Assembly: GCA_964440155.1 (NCBI GenBank)
Contig: CAYTRH010000001.1
Location: 624 to 64,623 of the forward strand
Direction of reading: 5' to 3'
DNA length: 64,000 nucleotides
Source: an uncultured Thiobacillus sp.
GTDB lineage: Bacteria; Pseudomonadota; Gammaproteobacteria; Burkholderiales; Thiobacillaceae
Position numbers and translations under genes: made by a program. Below, piece by piece: positions 42,509 to 50,999 of this stretch; position 1 is the stretch's first letter, and every line of letters starts with the position of its first letter. The notes beneath the pieces are model-generated. The model searched no databases, was not told the origin of the DNA, and saw nothing but the letters and a program-made list of their open reading frames with translations.

Positions 42509-44269
42509 TCAATAGGTTCTTTCCTTGGGCTGGAACGCTTCCACGGTCAGCGGCTTGAGCCGCACCGGTTTGTAATCCAACTGGTCCCCGGGCAGGGAGT
42601 ACAGCGTATGGCGCAGCCAGTGGTCATCGTCGCGTTCGGGGTGGTCTTCGCGCGTATGCGCGCCGCGGCTTTCCGTGCGGGCACGCGCGGAGATCAACGT
42701 GGCGCGCGCCACCAACATCAGGTTCTCCAGTTCGAGCGCCTCCAGCCGCGTCGTGTTGAACACGCGGCTACGGTCACCGAGCGTGACCTCGGCCAGGCGT
42801 GCGGCCACACCGTCCAGTCGGGTGATGCCGGCAGCCAGCAGGTCGTCGCGTCGAAACACGCCGCAGTGTTCCTGCATCACGCGCTGCATGTCCGTGCGCA
42901 CGCCGGCCACGGTTTCCCCCCCGCCCACCCGGTCCCAGCGCGCCAGACGCGCCAGCGCCGGATCGGCGGCATCCGCCGGCAGCGGGCGTGGAAACGGGTT
43001 GTCGCGCAGATACTCGATCATGTGCTGGCCGGCGGCACGGCCGAACACCACCAGATCGAGCAGCGAATTGCCGCCCAGGCGGTTGGCGCCGTGTACCGAC
43101 ACGCAGGCGCACTCGCCCACGGCATACAGACCCGGCACCGGCTCCTCCGGGCCATAACGGACCGGCGCGACCACCTGGCCATGCAGATTGGTGGGTATGC
43201 CGCCCATCATGTAATGCGCGGTCGGCGTCACCGGTATCGGCGCCTCGATGGGATCCACGCCGGCGAACTGCATCGACAGCTCGCGTATGCCCGGCAGGCG
43301 TTCTTTGATGGTCCGCGCACCCAGATGATCCAGTTTGAGATGCACGTAGTCGCCGTGGGCGCCACAGCCGCGACCCGCAAGGATCTCCAGGGCGATGGCG
43401 CGCGACACCACGTCGCGCGAAGCCAGATCCTTGGCGTTGGGCGCATAACGCGGCATGAAGCGTTCGCCGTCCTTGTTAACCAGGTAACCGCCCTCCCCGC
43501 GCACGCCCTCGGTGATCAGGCTGCCGACCTCGGGGATGCCGGTCGGGTGGAATTGCCAGAACTCCATGTCCTCCAGCGGCAGACCGGCGCGCAGCACCAT
43601 GCCCAGGCCGTCGCCGGTGTTGATGTGCGCATTGGTGGAATGACGGAAGATGCGGCAGGCACCGCCGGTGGCCAGCAGCGTGGTGCGCGCTTCGAACAGC
43701 CAGGGTTCGCCACGCTCGATCTCCAGCGCCACCACGCCCAGCACGTAGCCCTCGGTGTCGCGTACCAGGTCGAGCGCGAAGAACTCGTCGAAGAACTGCG
43801 TGCGCGCGGCGATGTTGCGCTGGTACAAAGTGTGCAGCAACGCATGCCCGGTGCGGTCGGCCGCCGCGCAGGTACGCACCGCCTGCTCGCCGCCATAGTG
43901 TTTCGACTGGCCGCCGAACGGGCGCTGATAGATCCGGCCGTCGTCCAGGCGAGAGAACGGCAGGCCCATGTGTTCCAGCTCGTACACCGCGCTGGGTGCG
44001 TTGCGGCACATGAACTCGATGGCGTCCTGATCGCCGAGATAATCCGAGCCCTTGACCGTGTCATACATGTGCCAATGCCAGTCATCCTCGGACACGTTGG
44101 CCAAGGCGGCGGTGATGCCCCCCTGCGCCGACACCGTATGCGAGCGGGTCGGGAACACCTTGGACAGCACCGCCACCTTCAGGTCCGATTGCGCCAGTTG
44201 AAGCGCGGCGCGCAGGCCGGCGCCGCCGCCGCCGACGATGACCGCGTCGAACGTGCGTTTGGGAATCAT
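42509..44269 (-). CDS. sdhA: Succinate dehydrogenase flavoprotein subunit
   Basis: The start at 44269 gives [23 protein letters not shown]. It also carries SHTVSAQGG (the covalent FAD His region) and FHPTG. Confidence 0.96.
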   Translation of the reverse strand: MIPKRTFDAVIVGGGGAGLRAALQLAQSDLKVAVLSKVFPTRSHTVSAQGGITAALANVSEDDWHWHMYDTVKGSDYLGDQDAIEFMCRNAPSAVYELEHMGLPFSRLDDGRIYQRPFGGQSKHYGGEQAVRTCAAADRTGHALLHTLYQRNIAARTQFFDEFFALDLVRDTEGYVLGVVALEIERGEPWLFEARTTLLATGGACRIFRHSTNAHINTGDGLGMVLRAGLPLEDMEFWQFHPTGIPEVGSLITEGVRGEGGYLVNKDGERFMPRYAPNAKDLASRDVVSRAIALEILAGRGCGAHGDYVHLKLDHLGARTIKERLPGIRELSMQFAGVDPIEAPIPVTPTAHYMMGGIPTNLHGQVVAPVRYGPEEPVPGLYAVGECACVSVHGANRLGGNSLLDLVVFGRAAGQHMIEYLRDNPFPRPLPADAADPALARLARWDRVGGGETVAGVRTDMQRVMQEHCGVFRRDDLLAAGITRLDGVAARLAEVTLGDRSRVFNTTRLEALELENLMLVARATLISARARTESRGAHTREDHPERDDDHWLRHTLYSLPGDQLDYKPVRLKPLTVEAFQPKERTY

Positions 44270-44610
44270 CGGACACTCCACAGGATGTCGGCCGCCCAGA
44301 CCAGGCAGGCGAGATAGAGGGCGCCGAACAGGAAATAGGCCGCCAGACGCAATGGCAGCACGCGCAGATAGTCGATGAAAATTTCGCGCAGGCCGATCCA
44401 GGCATGCAGCAACAGCGCCGCGAATGCCAGCAGCGTGGCCAGCTTCATGGTCAGCGACGTGAACAGTGCGCGCCAGGCAGCGTAGTCGAGCGGCGTGGAG
44501 AGCCACGACAGCAACAGGAACAGTGGCAAGAACAACGCCAGATAAAGGGCGCTGGCGCGTTGCAGCAACCACAGGCCCAGTCCGCGGCGTGCGCCGCCAG
44601 CGGTTCTCAC
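44266..44610 (-). CDS. sdhD: Succinate dehydrogenase hydrophobic membrane anchor SdhD
   Basis: About 114 aa from a GTG at 44610 that overlaps the sdhC stop (GTGA). It has three TM helices. Its stop overlaps the sdhA start by 4 nt. Confidence 0.8.
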   Translation of the reverse strand: MRTAGGARRGLGLWLLQRASALYLALFLPLFLLLSWLSTPLDYAAWRALFTSLTMKLATLLAFAALLLHAWIGLREIFIDYLRVLPLRLAAYFLFGALYLACLVWAADILWSVR

Positions 44611-44981
44611 CGTGACGCCCCCAGCCACAGTAACGCGGTGAGTGCGATGGCCAGCCACAGCGTCACCTGTGCACTCAGGCGCGCGCGTGCACGCGTCTCG
44701 CCCAGGCCGAAATCGAAACCGAGGTGGCGCAAGCCGGCGAAAAAATGGTGTAGCAGCGCCCAAGTGGCGAGCACCCCGGCCACCCGGCCCACGCTGCCGG
44801 ACAACAGGTCGCCCAGTCGGTGAAAATCGTCCGCCGAGCGTAGGGACAACATGAACAGGTACAGCAGACCGGGTATGGCGAGCGACAACAATGCGCCGCT
44901 GGCACGATGCAGGATGGACACCAGTCCGCCGATGGGCAGGCGGATGCGGATCAGGTCCAGATAGTACGGCCGCCGGTTCAT
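44607..44981 (-). CDS. sdhC: Succinate dehydrogenase cytochrome b556 subunit
   Basis: 124 aa. [29 protein letters not shown] is a typical SdhC N-terminus with the heme-ligand His. Confidence 0.9.
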   Translation of the reverse strand: MNRRPYYLDLIRIRLPIGGLVSILHRASGALLSLAIPGLLYLFMLSLRSADDFHRLGDLLSGSVGRVAGVLATWALLHHFFAGLRHLGFDFGLGETRARARLSAQVTLWLAIALTALLWLGASR

Positions 44982-45102
44982 GTCCTTGCACGACGCATCG
45001 ACGCGATGCGCGCGATTAGACGCTTATTGCGCTGCACAATCAACCCGCCGCCGCTGCTCGGGCAGTGCGATGACCAGGGCCATCGCGCTGCTGAACGCGG
45101 CA

Positions 45103-46017
45103 TCAGAACCAGTATTGCCAGGCGAGTTTGAAGCCGTCCGTCTTGCCTGCCTGCATCAGCGTCAGACCGGCGCGGTAGCCGCCGCCGGTGGCCTTGTAGC
45201 TGCGCGTGTCACCCACCGTCACGCTGATCTCCTGCTGGCTGTCGGCGAAGATCTCCGAGCCGAAATAACGCGTGTCCACCAGCGAGATTTCCCACCAAGC
45301 CTTCTTGCCGAACATTTGCCCGGGAATGGCCGCCATGACACCGTTGCGCAGGATGTTGTTGTGCGTGCGAGACAGGTTGGCGCGCGCGTCACCGCGTTCG
45401 CGCACGGTGTGGCTGTGGCCGAACATGTTGCCGATACCCAGGTCGTAGCCGTCCATCCTCCAGTAGTACACGCTGGTCAGGGACGCCGACACCAGATTGG
45501 CGGCCTTGTCGAAATCGCCGCGTTCGGCGTGGGTGTAACTCAACGCCGGCGTCAGGTACCAGCGTGCGGCCATGGGATAGGTGTAGGCGGCGCCAAAGCC
45601 CACGTTGTAGGCGCTCTCGCCTTCTGACCAGACGCGCGTGACCGGCAGACTCAACACCAGGCGGCGGCGCGGGTCCACCTCGTTGCGTATGGTGTAGCTG
45701 AGCGGCACGGTGCAGTACTTGGAATCGATGTTGCGTCCGGAGAACGAACCGCAGTTCAGGCCCACGCCATAGCTGGCCGGCGCGGCGCCCGGCGTTGTCG
45801 GCGCGCCATCCGCTTCGTACTCGAAGTGCATGACGCTGAACGCCGTATCGAAGTCGCTGGTCGCCTGCATCTGGATGCTCGACGCCGGCGTCTGCGTCAC
45901 CGGGTCGCTACAGATGTAGCTGTGCGTGTGGTGATCGAACTCGCAGGCTGCGGTGGCATGGCCCGCGACGAAGGTGAGCGCGACCACGGTCGCAGCCCGG
46001 ATCGGCAATGCTTTCAT
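45103..46017 (-). CDS. Small outer-membrane beta-barrel protein (autotransporter-beta-domain-like), Cys-containing N-terminal segment
   Basis: About 304 aa from the ATG at 46017, with an SD (AAGGGGAA). The signal peptide is MKALPIRAATVVALTFVAGHATA. Amphipathic strands alternate, and the C-terminal aromatic signature is ...FKLAWQYWF. Four Cys lie in the first ~100 mature residues. Confidence 0.7.
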   Translation of the reverse strand: MKALPIRAATVVALTFVAGHATAACEFDHHTHSYICSDPVTQTPASSIQMQATSDFDTAFSVMHFEYEADGAPTTPGAAPASYGVGLNCGSFSGRNIDSKYCTVPLSYTIRNEVDPRRRLVLSLPVTRVWSEGESAYNVGFGAAYTYPMAARWYLTPALSYTHAERGDFDKAANLVSASLTSVYYWRMDGYDLGIGNMFGHSHTVRERGDARANLSRTHNNILRNGVMAAIPGQMFGKKAWWEISLVDTRYFGSEIFADSQQEISVTVGDTRSYKATGGGYRAGLTLMQAGKTDGFKLAWQYWF

Positions 46018-46061
46018 GATGGATTCCCCTTGAAAGAAAAAAATGCAGGTCGAACAGGAAC

Positions 46062-46742
46062 TCAACGTCCGGAGACCCCGCGCAGATTTTCCAGTATGGC
46101 CTCGGCCACCGCGTTGCCGGGCTGGCGGCACAGGATGTCCTCGATGACTTCCGGGATGTCCTTGTACAGCTTCAGCTCGTACAGCGCGCTGACCAGATAC
46201 AGTTCGGGCGCAACGTCATCGTCCGCCGCCTGCGCGCGCAGCTCACGGTAAACCGACTCCGCCTCGCGCAACTGTTCGAGCAGGCCGCCAGAGCGGATCA
46301 CCACCATGCCGGTGCGGGTACGCATGTCGGCCAGCACATCATCGGCCCGCGCCAAGCGCATCAGCGCCGCGCTGGGCACCTGCTTCACTTCCGCCTGCGC
46401 CGTGCCGGAGACGCGCGTCGTGGCGCCCGCTCCCACTTGCAGAACGGTCGGGCCAGCCCAGGTTTCCTGGCGGCCTGAGTGGCCATACAGCAAGCGCACG
46501 CGCGCCGCGTCGCCGAGTTCCAGGCGGTCGCCGGCACGCAGTTTCATGAACGGCGTGACCGGCGTGCGCGGCTGCTGTCCGATGTTGACCCAGACGACGC
46601 CTTGAGCCAACGTGACCAGCGCCTCGTCGGCCATGGCCGGCAGCGCAAACAGTACCGCCCCTATCACGGCCCAACTGCCGCAGAACAGACGCCACCCACG
46701 AGCGGCCCGAACGAAGGTGGCGCGCGTCGTGTCACTGACCAT
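46062..46742 (-). CDS. Secreted FecR-like domain protein
   Basis: 226 aa. It has a signal/anchor (WRLFCGSWAVIGAVLFALPAMA). A beta-rich segment, GVVWVNIGQQPRTPVTPFMKLRAGDRLELGDAARVRLLYGHSGRQETWAGPTVLQV, resembles the FecR sensor fold. The C-terminus is helical. It overlaps the cyclase gene by 11 nt. Confidence 0.55.
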   Translation of the reverse strand: MVSDTTRATFVRAARGWRLFCGSWAVIGAVLFALPAMADEALVTLAQGVVWVNIGQQPRTPVTPFMKLRAGDRLELGDAARVRLLYGHSGRQETWAGPTVLQVGAGATTRVSGTAQAEVKQVPSAALMRLARADDVLADMRTRTGMVVIRSGGLLEQLREAESVYRELRAQAADDDVAPELYLVSALYELKLYKDIPEVIEDILCRQPGNAVAEAILENLRGVSGR

Positions 46743-48642
46743 GATCCGTCTCCATCGTCACGTCGAGGATTTCGTAAATGCTGACCGGCTGGCGATGTCC
46801 CTTGACGCTGACCACATCGCTGCGCCCCAGTCGCAGATGCTCGCGCCCAGCGGCACTGACGGTGGCCTCGCTGGCGACGATGTCGGCGTGGAACACCTTG
46901 GTCATCCCTTCCAGGCGTGAGGCTATGTTTACAGTATCGCCGATCGCCGTGAATTCGCTACGTCGGCGCGAGCCGATGCTGCCGACGATGGCGTCGCCGG
47001 TGTGGATGCCGATGCCGATCGCGAACTCGGGCAAATCCCGGTCGGGGAAGCGCCGCGTCATCCAGGTGCGAAACTCCAGCGCGATGGCGCGCATGCGCAG
47101 CGCGACCCGCAACGCGCGCAGCGCATGATCGCTGGTGGGCAGTGGCGTGCCGAACTCCACCATGATGGCGTCGCCGATGTACTTGTCGATGCTGCCGCCT
47201 TCAGCCAATACCGGCTGACAGACGCGCTCGAAGTACTCGTTCAGTACTTCCACCACTTCGGCCGGCGCAAGCTGCTCGCTCAGCGTCGTGAAATTGCGGA
47301 TGTCGGAGAACAGCACCGTGATGTGCGACAGGCTGCCGCCCAGCTCCGGCACCTGATCACCGCGCAGCAGCACTTTCACCGCCGCATCCGACAGGTACCG
47401 GCCAAACAGGCCGGCCAGCCGGGCACGCTGACGCGCTTCACCGGTGAATAGCAGCACCACGCCGCCGACGAAGGCGGCCAACAGGGCGCCATGCCAGGCC
47501 GCCACGGAAACCAGGAAGCCTTGGATGAACAACGGGTAAGCCGACGCGATGACCAGCGAACCCGACAGCAGCGCGATGGCGGTGCCGATCGGCAACGAGC
47601 CGGATACCAGCAGCGCCAGCGCGACCAGCGCGGCAAGCGTGGCGGACACGCCGATGCGCATCCAAGCGGGCGGTTCGTGCAAATGGCGCCCGGACAGCAG
47701 GGTTTCGAGGATGTTGGCTTGAAGTTCGGCGCCACCCATGAGCTGTCGGCCGTCACCGGCGAAGCCGGTGCTGTACGGCGTGAAATGGATGTCACCCATG
47801 CCGGGGAAATCGGCGCCGATGATCACCACCTTGCCGGCGAACGATCGCAGCAACGGATCGTCCGGGGCCGCACTGAGCAGGTGCGCCAGCGACAGCCTCG
47901 GCATCGCGCCTGGCGGTCCCCGGTAAGCGATGTGGCGTGCCTGTCCGTTGGCTGCCGGGCCCGCTGCCCCGTTCCGCTCGCGATGATGCTTGGCGAGCAA
48001 CGCGGCGAAGCTCAGCTTCGGCAGGGCCAGCCCGGCATCATCCGTGTCGGTCTTGGCGGTCGGTGCGATCACGTAACGTCGTACCACGCCGTCATGGTCG
48101 GCATGCAGCTCGGCCAGCCCGACGTAATTGGTCAAATCCAGATCCGGGACGGCCAGCAAATAATCGGGGTGCGGCAGCGCAAAACGATCGCCGCCACCCG
48201 AGTCGTCGCGGGCCAGCCCGGCCGCGAGCACCACGTCGCCGGCGGCGATGGCCTGGCGCAGACCCGCGTCATAAACCCGCGCGCGCCCGCCCAGCGGCCC
48301 TTCCACTTTGGCCAGCCAGGCATCCGGACTGATGGCGAGCAGAAAATCCAGACCGATGACGCTGGCGCCGAGCGCGCGCAGGCGTTCGATGGCGGTGGCG
48401 AAATGCGGGCCGAAGAAAGCCAGCGGCTCGTCGCCAAACCGCACCAACGTGGCCTGATCGACCACCACCAGCGCCACGTGTGCGGGTGTGCCGCGCGTGC
48501 CGGCGAGACGATGCCAGGCATCGGAATACAGTGCATCGAGCGGTGCCAACAGGCTGGAGCGATAGGCCGCCTCGGCCAAAGCGACCGCCGTGACCACGAC
48601 CAGCAGCAACCAACGCCATTGCCGTCGCGACAGGCTGGTCAT
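46732..48642 (-). CDS. CHASE2 sensor domain-containing class III adenylate cyclase
   Basis: 636 aa. The layout is an N-terminal TM helix, a ~300-aa periplasmic CHASE2-like region, three TM helices, then the cyclase domain. The cyclase domain reads ITVLFSDIRNFTTLSE...IDKYIGDAIMVEFG...GIHTGDAIVGSIGS...FTAIGDTVNIASRLE. The Lys (DKYIGD) / Thr (FTAIGD) pair is the ATP-specifying type. Confidence 0.85.
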   Translation of the reverse strand: MTSLSRRQWRWLLLVVVTAVALAEAAYRSSLLAPLDALYSDAWHRLAGTRGTPAHVALVVVDQATLVRFGDEPLAFFGPHFATAIERLRALGASVIGLDFLLAISPDAWLAKVEGPLGGRARVYDAGLRQAIAAGDVVLAAGLARDDSGGGDRFALPHPDYLLAVPDLDLTNYVGLAELHADHDGVVRRYVIAPTAKTDTDDAGLALPKLSFAALLAKHHRERNGAAGPAANGQARHIAYRGPPGAMPRLSLAHLLSAAPDDPLLRSFAGKVVIIGADFPGMGDIHFTPYSTGFAGDGRQLMGGAELQANILETLLSGRHLHEPPAWMRIGVSATLAALVALALLVSGSLPIGTAIALLSGSLVIASAYPLFIQGFLVSVAAWHGALLAAFVGGVVLLFTGEARQRARLAGLFGRYLSDAAVKVLLRGDQVPELGGSLSHITVLFSDIRNFTTLSEQLAPAEVVEVLNEYFERVCQPVLAEGGSIDKYIGDAIMVEFGTPLPTSDHALRALRVALRMRAIALEFRTWMTRRFPDRDLPEFAIGIGIHTGDAIVGSIGSRRRSEFTAIGDTVNIASRLEGMTKVFHADIVASEATVSAAGREHLRLGRSDVVSVKGHRQPVSIYEILDVTMETDHGQ

Positions 48643-48650
48643 GGGCCGGC

Positions 48651-50936
48651 TCAGCGTCCGGTGGACTGAAACGCGGCCCAGAAGTACGGCGCGTGGCCGG
48701 CACGCAGCATGGCCACCTGTGCGCCGCGCAGCGCCTCGGCCGGGTCGTGCGTGGCCAGGCCGGCGTAGAAGCGGCGCATCAGCTCGGCGGTGGCCAGATC
48801 ATCCACCGGCCACAGGCTGGCGACCACGTTGCGCGCGCCGGCGAACAGAAAACCGCGAATCAGACCGATCACGTCGTCGCCGCTCATGACCGTGCCCAAT
48901 CCGGTCTCGCAGGCGCTGAGCGTGACCAGATCGGCATCCAACGCCAATCCGTACAGTTCGTCGACGCTGAGACGGCCGTCGTTTTCAGCGTCCGCCGCCA
49001 GCAACAGGCCCGAGCGTAAAGGCTGTTCGGCGGAAAAGTGGCCGTGCGTGGCGAAATGCAGCCAGGCATGGTATGCGGCGCGCGCGCGAAACGCCGTCTC
49101 ACTGGCCTCGGCCCGGGTCAGCAGGGTGCTGCCCGGCATGGCGGCGAGAATGGCGCGCGCTTCCTGTTCGGCGTGGGGCAGGTCCAGACGCCGGCTGCCC
49201 AGGTCCGGATTGGCCAGCACCAGCGCGCCGGCGGCGGCTTTGTCCGGACGGCGCGGCGCGAGGAAGCGCAGCAGGCTGGCACTGGGCAGGATGGCGAAGG
49301 CGACACGCTCCACCAGATGACGCTGGCCGTCATGCAATGCGGCGAACGGCAGATAGTGCAGCGGGCCATGCGGAACCAGGTACAGCTTGCGCACGTCGGC
49401 GGCCTGTTCGACCGGGCCGAGCAGACGCCGGTGCAGTGCCTGTGCACGCGGCAGCACGTCCGCCGCCTGATCGGCGATGGCCTGGCGCAAGCCACGGATG
49501 TCATCGGCCAGGTTCCCTGCTGCACTGCGCACCACCCGCAGGTCGCGGCCGGACACCAGAAACGCCAGCAGTTCCTCGCCATCGACATGGTAGGCCAGCA
49601 GCCGTTCGTCCGGCGCCAGCATCGCCTGTAGTTCGGCCAGCGACAGCGTGGACACGGCGACGAGCGAGGCGATCTCCGGATCGATCTCGCGCAGCCGCGC
49701 AATCGCCTGCGCGCCATCGCGCGGTTCCGACATGTCGGTCATCTGCCGGCGCCTGGCTTCCTCGGCGCTGCGCTGGGCCAGCAACAGGCGGGCGACCTCG
49801 TCCCCCCGCGCGCGTGGGCCCCAGTCCTGGCGGGCGGCGAGCAGGTCGACCAGCGCACGCGCGCGTGAACGCTCGACGTACTCGAAGGCATCGCGCTCGC
49901 GGCCTAGCCGAAGCAGCGTGCGGATCAGACGCGCATACACCTGCTGCTTGTCGCCGACGAAACCGATCTTGTTGGCTTCCGTGGCGATGCTGGCGCGTTG
50001 CGCCTCCAGCACCTCGACCGCATGCGCGTAATGGCGCGCGGCCTCTGCGTCCTCGCCGCGCTGTTCGGCGATGCGGCCACGGTCGAAACTGGCCATCCAG
50101 TAGATCTCGCCGTTCTGGCGCGCGCGCGGATGGCCCAGCAAGCGGTCCAGGCGGGCGGCCGCGGCATCGACTTCGCCCATGCCCAGCAGGGCGCGGCTCA
50201 GCATGTAGGCGCGCGGCAGTTCCTGCCACAGCCAGTTGCTCTCGCCGCGCAACAGGGCGCCGCTGAACAGGTCGTCGAGGAAGGCATCGAGCTTGAACGT
50301 GCGGTCGCTGCTGACCGCGTCATAGGCCTGGCGGTACTCGCCCAGCGCCATGTACACCCTGCCCTGCGCCAGCGCGCGCGTGGTCTTGTAATCATCCTTG
50401 AACAAGGAGCGCCCGATGCGGCCGATGGGTTCCAGTTGCGTGCGTGCGGCGGCGTGGTCACCGCGGAACGCATGGGCGAGTGCCAGCACGGCGTGGCTGT
50501 CGATGGCGATCAGCGGTTCCAGACCGGAGCGCGCCATCCAGTCGAGCGCACGTTGCGCCTCGCGCGCCGCGAGGTCGTAACGTCCCAGATCGATCGCCGC
50601 CTCGGCCCGCATCAGCAGGATCGCCGGCATGGCGTCGTCCAGACCGAACAGCACGCTTTCGCGATCAGCCCGCGCGAAAGCGGTCTCGAAACGGTCCAGG
50701 CAGGCTTCCAGGCGGGCGTAATGCTTGGTCCGGGCATAGGCATGGCACAGCATGTGCACTTCGCTGGCCGACAGGCGCTCCGGTCGCGTCACCGCCTCGG
50801 CCTGCTGGATCACCTGTTCGTACTGGCCCGCGGCGATCAGGCGTAACCACTGGTTGGCCTGACGGCTGGCGTGCGCATACGCACTGGCAAAGGCCAACAG
50901 CACCAACAGCGCGATCAAGGACGGGCGGCTCGACAT
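48651..50936 (-). CDS. Secreted TPR-repeat / CHAT-domain (caspase-fold) protease
   Basis: 761 aa. The signal peptide is MSSRPSLIALLVLLAFASAYAHA. About 400 aa of TPR-like helical repeats follow. The C-terminal CHAT domain has an intact His/Cys dyad (LHFATHGHF ... LVTLSACETGLG). Its stop lies 8 nt upstream of the cyclase start. Confidence 0.85.
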   Translation of the reverse strand: MSSRPSLIALLVLLAFASAYAHASRQANQWLRLIAAGQYEQVIQQAEAVTRPERLSASEVHMLCHAYARTKHYARLEACLDRFETAFARADRESVLFGLDDAMPAILLMRAEAAIDLGRYDLAAREAQRALDWMARSGLEPLIAIDSHAVLALAHAFRGDHAAARTQLEPIGRIGRSLFKDDYKTTRALAQGRVYMALGEYRQAYDAVSSDRTFKLDAFLDDLFSGALLRGESNWLWQELPRAYMLSRALLGMGEVDAAAARLDRLLGHPRARQNGEIYWMASFDRGRIAEQRGEDAEAARHYAHAVEVLEAQRASIATEANKIGFVGDKQQVYARLIRTLLRLGRERDAFEYVERSRARALVDLLAARQDWGPRARGDEVARLLLAQRSAEEARRRQMTDMSEPRDGAQAIARLREIDPEIASLVAVSTLSLAELQAMLAPDERLLAYHVDGEELLAFLVSGRDLRVVRSAAGNLADDIRGLRQAIADQAADVLPRAQALHRRLLGPVEQAADVRKLYLVPHGPLHYLPFAALHDGQRHLVERVAFAILPSASLLRFLAPRRPDKAAAGALVLANPDLGSRRLDLPHAEQEARAILAAMPGSTLLTRAEASETAFRARAAYHAWLHFATHGHFSAEQPLRSGLLLAADAENDGRLSVDELYGLALDADLVTLSACETGLGTVMSGDDVIGLIRGFLFAGARNVVASLWPVDDLATAELMRRFYAGLATHDPAEALRGAQVAMLRAGHAPYFWAAFQSTGR

Positions 50937-50999
50937 GCCGGCAAGCTTACCTCAGCTTCCCGGTGGATCGCTTACGCCATCCTCCGGTGTCGACGTCGT

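Noticed and set aside
44982-45102. A 10/11-bp hairpin (GCAGCGCGATG...CATCGCACTGC on the minus strand) between the OMP gene and sdhC, considered as a terminator.
   Set aside because: No U-tract follows it, and GC-rich imperfect hairpins are frequent by chance in this composition. I cannot decide from the sequence whether the CHAT operon reads through into sdh.
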